From NCBI GenBank assembly GCA_026625185.1, contig CP113000.1:1485622-1517621 (forward strand): DNA of 32,000 nt, given 5' to 3'. Source of the DNA: Thermodesulfobacteriota bacterium (GTDB taxonomy: Bacteria; Desulfobacterota; WTBG01; JAGOGO01). Made by a program: the position numbers and the translations under genes. Of this stretch, positions 14,247-21,793 are shown in pieces. The notes beneath the pieces are model-generated. The model was not told the origin of the DNA and ran no database searches. It worked only from the letters and a program-made list of their open reading frames with translations. Numbering within the stretch: the stretch's first letter is position 1; the number at the start of each line of letters is the position of its first letter.

Positions 14247-14837
14247 ATGAAGGGAGCGCGTCATTTATCAAAGGAAGAAATTCAAAACCTCACTCAATCC
14301 TTCTATGGGGAATACGAGGTTAGAAACCGGACTCTCTTTCTCCTGGGCTTAAACATCGGAACGAGAATCTCAGAGCTACTGGCTTTGAACGTGGGGGACG
14401 TTTGGCAGTACGGAAAGCCAGTTGCAATCCTTGAGCTAAGGAAGGCCATTACCAAAGGGAAGAAGACCCGGCAAATCCCCTTGAATGAGCAGGCGCGGGA
14501 AGTCATTACCGAGCTTATCGGGTGGAAAGAATCTCAAGGGGAAGACCTCTCTCCCCACGCTCCGCTTTTTGCTTCCCGGCAAGGAAATAAGAGGCTATCC
14601 CGCTTTCGGGTTCATCAGATATTGAAAGAGTCCTTTCAATCAAGCGAATGTTCGGGAAAGGTAAGCACGCACAGCTTGAGAAAGTCATTTGCCAAAGCAC
14701 TCCTTACGGGCGGGAATAACTTAAGAGCGATTCAGATTCTTTTAGGGCACGCAAGCCTTGCTACCACGGAGAGGTATCTGCAAGTATCCCCGGAGGAACT
14801 AAATAGAGCGGTATCCTCTTTGAGCTTTGCAGCTTAA
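14247..14837 (+). CDS. Short tyrosine recombinase (196 aa, catalytic domain only; FimB/FimE-sized)
   Basis: 'NRTLFLLGLNIGTRISELLALNVGDV' carries the catalytic Arg, 'THSLRKSFA' the H-x-x-R, and 'LLGHASLATTERYLQV' the His and Tyr nucleophile. No N-terminal core-binding domain is present. Confidence 0.85.
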   Translation: MKGARHLSKEEIQNLTQSFYGEYEVRNRTLFLLGLNIGTRISELLALNVGDVWQYGKPVAILELRKAITKGKKTRQIPLNEQAREVITELIGWKESQGEDLSPHAPLFASRQGNKRLSRFRVHQILKESFQSSECSGKVSTHSLRKSFAKALLTGGNNLRAIQILLGHASLATTERYLQVSPEELNRAVSSLSFAA

Positions 14838-14846
14838 TGGGAGAGT

Positions 14847-14960
14847 TTGAGATAGAACTTTCTGGGGCTTCTCAGGCGGTCATTTTGTGGGATAGTTCAC
14901 AAGAAAAGGGGCGAGCGCGTGGGTGAGTAAGGGGGTGATTGAGATAGAGCTTTGTAGGGC
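14847..14960 (+). repeat. Pair of 22-nt direct repeats downstream of the recombinase
   Basis: TTGAGATAGAACTTTCTGGGGC (14847-14868) matches TTGAGATAGAGCTTTGTAGGGC (14939-14960) at 19/22 positions. A partial third copy, GAGCTTTGCAGC, lies at 14822-14833. Confidence 0.6.
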
Positions 14961-15010
14961 AAATTAAGTTACACAAAACAATGATTTTGTTGAGTTGGTA
15001 TTAACTATTA

Positions 15011-15316
15011 ATGAAAGGAAGGTGTGTTATGTGTACCGTGGCAGAAGAAGAAAAAACAATTGGCGATCTTCACTATTCCCTTTTAAGGGAAAAAAACAAG
15101 ATTCTATTTTTGGCCGACGTGTTTAATGGGGAAATGATGTTTATAGATAATACTGATGAGAAAAAAAATGCGGACATCTTGGCTGGACTGGGGAACGTCC
15201 TCGAAGACATCGCCGTGACCGTTAACGGCGTAGTTAATGAACTTGAGAAATGGGATTATAAAACCATTTCTTTAACCAACGAAAGGAGAGACCACGAAGG
15301 AAGAAAAAGAAATTGA
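15011..15316 (+). CDS. Hypothetical acidic protein (alternative start ATG at 15029 behind GAAAGGAAGG)
   Basis: The ORF has an SD. It has no recognisable domain. It resembles the following ORF (…LEDIAVTVNGVVNELEKW versus …VEDVAKNIMKYREEY). Confidence 0.5.
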   Translation: MKGRCVMCTVAEEEKTIGDLHYSLLREKNKILFLADVFNGEMMFIDNTDEKKNADILAGLGNVLEDIAVTVNGVVNELEKWDYKTISLTNERRDHEGRKRN

Positions 15317-15527
15317 AGTAACGGAGAAAGAAAAAATCCTGGATTTAGATGGTGGGTTGTTCGAGGTAGTTTGTAGGCTTAAGGTTTTAGATGAATTTTT
15401 GGATAGTTTAATAACCACAGATGAGTTGGGTGAGGAAAACCTTAAAAAACTCCAGGGGATGCAATTAATTGTGGAAGATGTGGCGAAAAATATAATGAAG
15501 TATCGGGAAGAGTATTTGGAGGCGTGA
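15276..15527 (+). CDS. Paralogous downstream ORF lacking a canonical start codon (possible frameshifted continuation)
   Basis: The frame is open from 15276 to the TGA at 15525-15527. A strong SD, AAGGAGAG, lies at 15283-15290, but there is no ATG/GTG/TTG within reach. The sequence is similar to the upstream ORF. Confidence 0.3.
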   Translation, partial: PTKGETTKEEKEIEVTEKEKILDLDGGLFEVVCRLKVLDEFLDSLITTDELGEENLKKLQGMQLIVEDVAKNIMKYREEYLEA

Positions 15528-15869
15528 AACTCCCGGACTGTCCAAAAAATACCCCGCAGAGCTTCTGTAGGACGTCTAAAAGGGGCCTAAAAGCTCTTAT
15601 CTCAGGCGGGTAATGGTAGGATAAGGGGGATTTAAGATCGAGGTTTTTTAGGGGAGAAAAAGACACTTTAGTCGAAGAACATTAAAAAATAGATGGCCTT
15701 GTTTATATCCTTGAGCACCGGGACCGTGGGTAAGACCCTCGATAGGCTTAACCATGAACATCTTGAAGCAAGTGAATTACAAAATCGTTTACATTAATAA
15801 AAGATTATTTTTTTTGGGTATGGTGTTTGACTGGGACAAGGTTAGGGTAGGGGGTAGAAGGTTAAGGAA

Positions 15870-15891
15870 GGGGTGGGGGTATGGGGTGGGG
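15870..15891 (+). other. Canonical G-quadruplex motif
   Basis: GGGG-T-GGGGG-TAT-GGGG-T-GGGG has four G-runs of at least 4 with loops of 1, 3 and 1 nt. Further G-runs lie at 15845-15854. Confidence 0.5.
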
Positions 15892-16153
15892 AGCGATCAG
15901 CGCCTTGACCTGATAATATGGTTTATTCCCTTATACTCTGGGGGTAAAAATTCACCTTGGGAAACTATTTGACCTTTTGCAAAAAAGATTGTTTAATGGA
16001 TTTTATTAAACCAACTTTTGGGGAAGGAATGAAACAAACTGTTTTTGATTTTTATAAGCCCTTCACGCTCCGATTTACAGATCAGAGTGCGATGGGTTTT
16101 TGTTTTTATAAATAGAGGTAAAACCTTCCCAAACTTTGTTGGAGTGAGATAAT

Positions 16154-16582
16154 ATGAAAAGGAGATATTGGATTGTCTTTGCGGCCTTTGGATTTATTGT
16201 TTTCTTTGCCTTAGTGTCACACGCGGCTGAGTGGAAACTTTTCGCAACCAGTGAAGGGGCATCTCATTATTATGACCCGCAAAGAATAAAGCATGTGTCT
16301 AAAGATACCATGCAGGTCTGGAAAAAAATGGTTTTTAAGGAAAAAAGTATACAGGATGTGGTTAAGATGCTTGGGCCTGAATTTAAAGAACTGAGTTATG
16401 AGATTATGTTATGTGAATATAACTGTGATGAAAAGAATCATCGCATCTTATCATCAAAATTTTATAACAAGAAAAGGAGTGTTATACACACATCTCCTAA
16501 AGGTTCTTTTTCTCCTTGGGGTTTTATCATTCCAGACTCTGTTGACGGAACTCTTTTCAATATCGTTTGCGGCAGTCGCTAA
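16154..16582 (+). CDS. Secreted protein resembling surface-adhesin protein E family
   Basis: A signal peptide is present. 'W..F...EGASHYYDPQRIKHVSKDTMQVWKK' and 'CDEKNHRILS...W..IIPDS' follow the pattern of that family. The assignment is by eye only. Confidence 0.45.
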   Translation: MKRRYWIVFAAFGFIVFFALVSHAAEWKLFATSEGASHYYDPQRIKHVSKDTMQVWKKMVFKEKSIQDVVKMLGPEFKELSYEIMLCEYNCDEKNHRILSSKFYNKKRSVIHTSPKGSFSPWGFIIPDSVDGTLFNIVCGSR

Positions 16583-16622
16583 GGTTTTTGGTAATTATAA
16601 AAAGCAATAGAGGGGTGGAGTT

Positions 16623-17324
16623 ATGAAAGGAATTTTAAAAAGCAAAATTTTCTTTATCGGTTTATTCCTTTTCATCTTTCTCATTAATGCCGCTCAAGCA
16701 ACCGAATATCGCCAGTGCACAAGGGTAGTTGACGGCGACACCATTATCCTTGATAGAAACGAGAGAGTAAGGTTAATAGGTGTTGATACTCCTGAAACCG
16801 TCTATCCAAGTAAGCCGGTTGAGTTCTTCGGAAAAGAAGCTTCTGCCTTTACTAAGCGGATGGTACAAGGTAAAAAGGTTCGGTTAGAATATGACTGGCA
16901 GCGCAAAGACAAGTACGGGCGCACCCTGGCCTATATCTACCTCTCGGATGGTACTTTTCTTAATGCCGAGATAATTAAACAAGGTTATGGTCACGCCTAT
17001 ACCAAATACCCGTTTAAATATTTAGAAGACTTCCGTAAATACGAGCGGGAATCACGAGAGAAAAGGCGAGGGCTTTGGGCTGATGATCCAGTGGCAAGCA
17101 CAGAAAGACTTGCTCAAGGTGAAGGGAACAAAAGTCCTCCTGGTCAAATTCTTCCTAACGTAGCACCACAGAAAAGCGAGGCAGTTACCGTCTATGTCAC
17201 AAGGACGGGAGCGAAGTATCATCGAGAGGGTTGTAGATATTTAAGAAGAAGTTCAATTCCAATTTCTCTTGAAGAAGCAAAAAAGCGTTATTCTCCGTGT
17301 AGTGTTTGCAGCCCACCACAATGA
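16623..17324 (+). CDS. Secreted thermonuclease (SNase/micrococcal nuclease family) with C-terminal Cys-rich motif
   Basis: A signal peptide is present. 'VVDGDTIILDRNERVRLIGVDTPET' and 'KDKYGRTLAYIYLSDGTFLNAEIIKQGYGHAY' are SNase core motifs. The C-terminal motif is 'KYHREGCRYLRRS...PCSVCSPP'. Confidence 0.9.
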   Translation: MKGILKSKIFFIGLFLFIFLINAAQATEYRQCTRVVDGDTIILDRNERVRLIGVDTPETVYPSKPVEFFGKEASAFTKRMVQGKKVRLEYDWQRKDKYGRTLAYIYLSDGTFLNAEIIKQGYGHAYTKYPFKYLEDFRKYERESREKRRGLWADDPVASTERLAQGEGNKSPPGQILPNVAPQKSEAVTVYVTRTGAKYHREGCRYLRRSSIPISLEEAKKRYSPCSVCSPPQ

Positions 17325-17330
17325 ATTGAG

Positions 17331-17398
17331 CCCAGCCGGAGGAAGGGAGATGCTTTTACTCCATTTCCTTAATTCCCTTACCCTCCGGCTGGGGTTTT
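17331..17398 (+). terminator. Long-hairpin intrinsic terminator after the nuclease gene
   Basis: CCCAGCCGGAGG (17331-17342) pairs with CCTCCGGCTGGG (17382-17393) and is followed by GTTTT. Confidence 0.5.
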
Positions 17399-17493
17399 AT
17401 CTGTAAGGCCCTACGGTTGAGCTCCCGGAAAAGGCGGGTATCTCCCCTGCCCTGGGCCTTATTTCTATTAGGAGAGCTACAAGGAGAGGTAGC

Positions 17494-18651
17494 ATGGCAA
17501 GAACCAAAAAGAAAGTTGTTGACCTTTTAGCAAATCTACCCCCAAAAACACAATGGCTTTTAGATTTTGCTAATTTGGGGAAAAAGCAAGGGAAGTTAAG
17601 TCCTCCGCGTTTTAGTGAAAAACCCAAGCGAGAACCAAAATATAACGCTAATAATATGCTTCCAGATAGCTTATCTAAGTTCAGAGAGATAGATAAAGAG
17701 GGTAATGTCTTTTTACACAGCGAGGATATAAAAGAGCGTGGTTTTGATGAAAATGGAAGTTCGATCTATGAGCACATAGGACGAAAGGTAACCTGGCTGG
17801 GAAATAGAAGTGCTTATCGCCCTAATAAGGATTTTCCTCTTAAGGAATTTAAGGAATGGGTTTTAAATGTAGGCCTTCCACCTTCTCAAAACCTTTCCAG
17901 GATAGAGATTGCCGAACCCTATTGTGATGACTCACTTGACGATGACCTTGTTACAGTGATGACATATTCCGGGGCAACAAATGAAGTTGATGGAAATCAG
18001 TTTAAATACAGAAATCATTTACTGAAGCTAAAAGAGAATACCACAGAGGACAGGGGGATTCAGGAACTGCTCGCTCGTTATCAGTTGTGGATTAAAAAAG
18101 TTCTTGAGTGGATAATTGACCCCAAGGATACTCAGTTTCTCCCTAAAGGGTTTTTAAAGATTAATTCATTAAATCCGCTTGCACCTTCTATTAACCATAA
18201 CCACAAAAACAGAAAAGAGGTATTTGAACATTCAACCCCTATGCCCTCTATCCCTAAAGCAGTTTGGGCTTACCTCTTGGACTTCTGGGTTAATCAACAA
18301 AACCTTTGTAAGCTACTGAAAGCATGCCCCACTTGTGGAAGGTTCTTCTTTAAAGAGGGGAAAATGACCTATTGCTGCACCAAGTGTAAAACCAGGTTTA
18401 ACCTAATAACCAGGGAAAGTGATGCGAAGAGAAAAAGAGATGGCAGAACAATGCAAAAAGAAAAACTGAGGTCGAGAGAAGAGACAAAGGAGCGTTGGTT
18501 TAAAGAAGAAGAAAAAAAATATCGGGACTACTTCAACGCATTGGGTTACTCACAGGAAGCAATTAATGGTGTAATTGATAATATACTTTATGGAGATGGT
18601 TTATCATTTGAGGAAGGGCTGAAAAAATATCAGTGGGGAAAACGTAGGTAA
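17494..18651 (+). CDS. Hypothetical 385-aa protein with CGNR-like zinc ribbon and basic C-terminal region
   Basis: SD AAGGAGAGG precedes the start. 'CPTCGRFFFKEGKMTYCCTKCKTRFN' is a four-Cys ribbon resembling CGNR zinc fingers. The N-terminal 270 aa have no recognisable domain. Confidence 0.6.
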   Translation: MARTKKKVVDLLANLPPKTQWLLDFANLGKKQGKLSPPRFSEKPKREPKYNANNMLPDSLSKFREIDKEGNVFLHSEDIKERGFDENGSSIYEHIGRKVTWLGNRSAYRPNKDFPLKEFKEWVLNVGLPPSQNLSRIEIAEPYCDDSLDDDLVTVMTYSGATNEVDGNQFKYRNHLLKLKENTTEDRGIQELLARYQLWIKKVLEWIIDPKDTQFLPKGFLKINSLNPLAPSINHNHKNRKEVFEHSTPMPSIPKAVWAYLLDFWVNQQNLCKLLKACPTCGRFFFKEGKMTYCCTKCKTRFNLITRESDAKRKRDGRTMQKEKLRSREETKERWFKEEEKKYRDYFNALGYSQEAINGVIDNILYGDGLSFEEGLKKYQWGKRR

Positions 18652-18682
18652 CTCGTAGAAACAAAATCATCATTTTATTGAG

Positions 18683-18716
18683 AAGCCACGGGGCACAAAG
18701 CCTTTGTGGCTTTTTT
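18683..18716 (+). terminator. Intrinsic terminator
   Basis: AAGCCAC...GTGGCTT is followed by TTTTTATTT, ~30 nt after the stop codon. Confidence 0.55.
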
Positions 18717-18720
18717 ATTT

Positions 18721-18851
18721 GTCCATTCGTTTCTCATTCTAAAACCATGAATAAAGAATGGACTCTAACTATATGTAATTATTATGATAATTGTGGTATC
18801 TATGATATATAGAATGAGGAAAAATAACCAAAAAACGAAGAGTAAATCTTT
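18721..18851 (+). repeat. Regulatory-region repeat, copy 1
   Basis: It is collinear with 19045-19184. The exact 23-mer AATTATTATGATAATTGTGGTAT (18777-18799) contains the palindrome AATTAT-N4-ATAATT. TAAAGAATGGAC and ATAACCAAAAAA are also shared. Confidence 0.65.
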
Positions 18852-18995
18852 ATGCCAAAGATTAACACCAAAGAGAAGGTTACATCACACACAGTTTATA
18901 GGGAGATAAATTATTATTTTTATTATAGCGAGCAAGGAAGTAAGTTATCAAATCTATTCAACAAAAAAGGAAATTTTAAACTTTTTTCATATTAG
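18852..18995 (+). CDS. Possible 47-aa ORF behind repeat copy 1
   Basis: The ATG sits at the same position relative to the repeat as the XRE start does behind copy 2. The SD is degenerate (GAAGAG). No similarity was recognised. Confidence 0.2.
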   Translation: MPKINTKEKVTSHTVYREINYYFYYSEQGSKLSNLFNKKGNFKLFSY

Positions 18996-19044
18996 TAGGG
19001 AGGAAAAATATGACCTTTTTAGTCAACTAAATGAAAAAAACAAT

Positions 19045-19184
19045 GTCCACTCTTTTTTATACTAAAAACCATAAGTAAAGAATGGACGCTAAGTATATAG
19101 AATTATTATGATAATTGTGGTATACATTGAGTGGGGAGAGAGAAAAGAAGTAAAAAATAACCAAAAAAGTAAGGAGTAAACACT
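19045..19184 (+). repeat. Regulatory-region repeat, copy 2 (upstream of the XRE gene)
   Basis: The same 23-mer lies at 19101-19123. The repeat ends with SD AAGGAG and the ATG at 19185. Confidence 0.65.
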
Positions 19185-19382
19185 ATGACAAAAAATCAGC
19201 TTCACGAGGTAAGGAGAGAGAAAAGAGTTCGTCAATGGGAACTGGCAGCAATAGCAAGAGTTCATCAAAGCAGGCTATCGCTTGCCGAGAATGGTTTCAT
19301 ATCTTTGAAGCCGGAAGAGGAAGAAAGAGTTGCTCAGGCCCTTGGAGAAGACCCTAAAAACATTTTCCCGGAGGTTAATTAA
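19185..19382 (+). CDS. Small XRE/Cro-like HTH regulator
   Basis: 'VRQWELAAIARVHQSRLSLAENGFISL' is an HTH_3-like pattern in a 65-aa protein. It is the first gene of the replication operon. Confidence 0.75.
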   Translation: MTKNQLHEVRREKRVRQWELAAIARVHQSRLSLAENGFISLKPEEEERVAQALGEDPKNIFPEVN

Positions 19383-19552
19383 TGAAGATAAACGAGATTG
19401 AACGCAGAAAATATTTAGCCCTTCAAGCTTTCTATCTTGAGACAAAGCGGGCAATGGAGGTCCTGGAAAAAAAGTTAAAGGCAAAGCCAATAGAGCTAAA
19501 ACACGTTGAGGTTTTAGAGTGCCAGGAGAAAGTGAATGCTTCAACTTGTTAA
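19382..19552 (+). CDS. Hypothetical 56-aa protein (below the ORF-track cutoff)
   Basis: Its ATG overlaps the preceding stop (TAATG). The predicted protein is helical and K/E-rich. Confidence 0.4.
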   Translation: MKINEIERRKYLALQAFYLETKRAMEVLEKKLKAKPIELKHVEVLECQEKVNASTC

Positions 19553-19709
19553 ACCACAACGGGCTAACGATACCGAACTTGAAATCACCCGGCTTGAGCG
19601 GGTTAGAGGTGAACTCGCTGACATTGCCATTGAGCGGAATTTGAGCGGGGAAGCGAAGCAATCCTTTAGCTCAACGATTGACTGGCTAACCTTTTTCATA
19701 AACGAATAG
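19536..19709 (+). CDS. Hypothetical 57-aa protein (below the ORF-track cutoff)
   Basis: Its ATG overlaps the end of the previous ORF. It ends 25 nt before the primase start. Confidence 0.35.
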   Translation: MLQLVKPQRANDTELEITRLERVRGELADIAIERNLSGEAKQSFSSTIDWLTFFINE

Positions 19710-19734
19710 AAAGGGAGAGATAGAGGGCTCGGAG

Positions 19735-21789
19735 ATGAAACCAATTTACGAAAACATACCGAAAGAAATTAAGCTATACCCACAATGGGTAAACTGGAGA
19801 GAGGTGGAACGGGACGGAAAGGCCACGAAGCCCCCATTCCAGCCTGACGGGAAATTCGCTGAATCGAACAACCCCTCAACGTGGAACACCTTTCCCACTG
19901 TGAAAGAGGCTGTTGATCGTTTTGATGGCATAGGCTTTGTTCTTACAGAAGATGATCCCTATGTTGGGATTGACTTTGACAAGTGCTACTGTCCCGCCTT
20001 CAAGATCATTGACCCGGCTATCGAACAACACATTAAAGCACTAAACACGTACACAGAGATTAGCCCATCCGGTAGGGGACTCCGAACCTTACTCCGGGGC
20101 CGTCTCCCAGTGGACGGTAAGAAAAACGGACGTGTGGAAGTTTATCAGGCCAAGCGGTATGTGACTATCACCGGAAATAAATTGCCTGGTTATCCGGCCT
20201 TTATAGAAGCGAGTCAGGCAGAATTAGAAACCTTCTATCAAAAGGTATTTCCCGAAAAAGCGGAAATTACAAAACAGACCCCGGCTAATGCAAGCCAAGC
20301 CCCTCAACCCCTCAACTGTGATTGTCGGGACAAACTGAAGGCCGCTTTCAATTCTAAGAATGGGGCAACCATAAAGCGATTATACGACGGTGATCTTTCC
20401 GGCTATCCTTCGCAATCGGAGGCTGATCTTGCCTTATGTGACCACCTTGCTTTCTGGCTTTCCGGTGATTCAGGGGCCATAGATCAGGCTTTCCGGGAAT
20501 CAAAGTTATTTCGCAAGAAATGGGATGAAAAACATTTTTCCGGTGGCAATACGTATGGTGAAGCAACGATTCAAAAGGCTTTGAGCGATCTTATAGATAC
20601 CTATAACCCGCAAACATATTTTTCCTCATTGGAGACCACTACCAATACACAGGAGAGTATTGAACCAGAAATAAAAGCCGATTCCTTACCCTTCCCGGAC
20701 ACAATGGAAGGCATGGCCGGGGACTTTGCAAGGATTTACTCGCGACACCTTGAAGCACCGGAGCATTTCTTCTTTTTATCCTTCCTAACCTGTCTTGGAA
20801 GTATCCTCTCTGGCCGCTTAACCTTAAATAGCGAGCTTTCACCGCAACCAAGACTCTTTGTTCTTTTGCTGGGTGAAAGTGCCGATGACCGAAAGAGCAC
20901 CGCTATATCTAAGACGGTTGAGTTTTTTCACGAGGCTATAACTGATTTTCGGACTTCGTGGGGCGTGGGAAGCGCGGAAGGTCTCCAACGAAAGATTGAG
21001 GAGAACAACCAACTTTTACTGTGCTTCGATGAATTTAAGCAATTTGTAGGGAAATGTAAAATCGAGACCAGCGTTCTCCTGCCATGTGTTTGCACTCTAT
21101 TTGAAAGCAACCGATATGAGGCCCGGACTAAGACGGTAGACATTTGTTTAAAAAACGCTCACCTCTCAATGCTGGCAGCTTCAACGCTCCAGACCTACCA
21201 ATATACCTGGGATAGTTCTTTCACTGATATAGGGTTTAACAACAGGCTTTTCATTGTGCCCGGTGGTGCTGAAAGAAAGTTTTCCATTCCTTCCAAAATT
21301 CCTGAAAACGAAAAAAGTTATCTGAGAAAAAACCTGAGAAATATTCTGGGAGACATTGGGACTGGCTTGACGTTGGACATTACAGGGGAAGCAAAGGATT
21401 TATACCACAATTGGTATTTGAACGGGGAGCGCACGATCCACGGCAAAAGGTTGGATACCTATGCCTTGCGGTTTATGAGTCTTTTGGCTGTCAATGAAGG
21501 TAAGGCGGAGATTGACCGGGAAATTATTGAGAAGGTTATTGCACTTGTCAACTGGCAATTAGAGGCTCGAAAGTTACACGATCCGATAGATGCGGATTCG
21601 AGTGTTGCAAAACTTGAAGAGAAGATAAGGCGGGTTTTAAAGTCAGACCCCAAAACAGAGAGGGAGTTAAAACTTTCTACCCACGCGCACCGAGCGGGGC
21701 TTTGGACTTATGAAAGAGCAAAACAAAACTTAATGCAATCACAGGAAATAGGGTGGGTGAAGGAAATAAAAAAATGGAAGCTTACTTAA
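19735..21789 (+). CDS. Bifunctional primase-polymerase (Prim-Pol + PriCT-like helix bundle) fused to a DUF3987-type helicase/ATPase domain
   Basis: 'YPQWVNW...KPPF...GIGFVLTEDDPYVGIDFD...EISPSGRGLR' is an AEP Prim-Pol N-domain. 'SQSEADLALCDHLAFWLSGDSGAIDQAFRESKLFRKKWDE' is a PriCT-type motif. C-terminal 'LFVLLLGESADDRKST' is Walker-A-like, as in DUF3987. Confidence 0.85.
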   Translation: MKPIYENIPKEIKLYPQWVNWREVERDGKATKPPFQPDGKFAESNNPSTWNTFPTVKEAVDRFDGIGFVLTEDDPYVGIDFDKCYCPAFKIIDPAIEQHIKALNTYTEISPSGRGLRTLLRGRLPVDGKKNGRVEVYQAKRYVTITGNKLPGYPAFIEASQAELETFYQKVFPEKAEITKQTPANASQAPQPLNCDCRDKLKAAFNSKNGATIKRLYDGDLSGYPSQSEADLALCDHLAFWLSGDSGAIDQAFRESKLFRKKWDEKHFSGGNTYGEATIQKALSDLIDTYNPQTYFSSLETTTNTQESIEPEIKADSLPFPDTMEGMAGDFARIYSRHLEAPEHFFFLSFLTCLGSILSGRLTLNSELSPQPRLFVLLLGESADDRKSTAISKTVEFFHEAITDFRTSWGVGSAEGLQRKIEENNQLLLCFDEFKQFVGKCKIETSVLLPCVCTLFESNRYEARTKTVDICLKNAHLSMLAASTLQTYQYTWDSSFTDIGFNNRLFIVPGGAERKFSIPSKIPENEKSYLRKNLRNILGDIGTGLTLDITGEAKDLYHNWYLNGERTIHGKRLDTYALRFMSLLAVNEGKAEIDREIIEKVIALVNWQLEARKLHDPIDADSSVAKLEEKIRRVLKSDPKTERELKLSTHAHRAGLWTYERAKQNLMQSQEIGWVKEIKKWKLT

Positions 21790-21793
21790 AACT

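Noticed and set aside
11836-14837. Integron-like interpretation (recombinase + attC-bounded cassettes)
   Set aside because: The recombinase is far shorter than IntI-type integrases. The shared motif is short and low-complexity. No attC-like imperfect palindrome could be verified by eye. It is kept only as a low-interest observation.
15754-15972. 72-aa ORF across the G-rich tract (also 15442-15666 on the minus strand)
   Set aside because: The translation is dominated by G/W/R from the G-runs. There is no RBS, so it is better described as non-coding.
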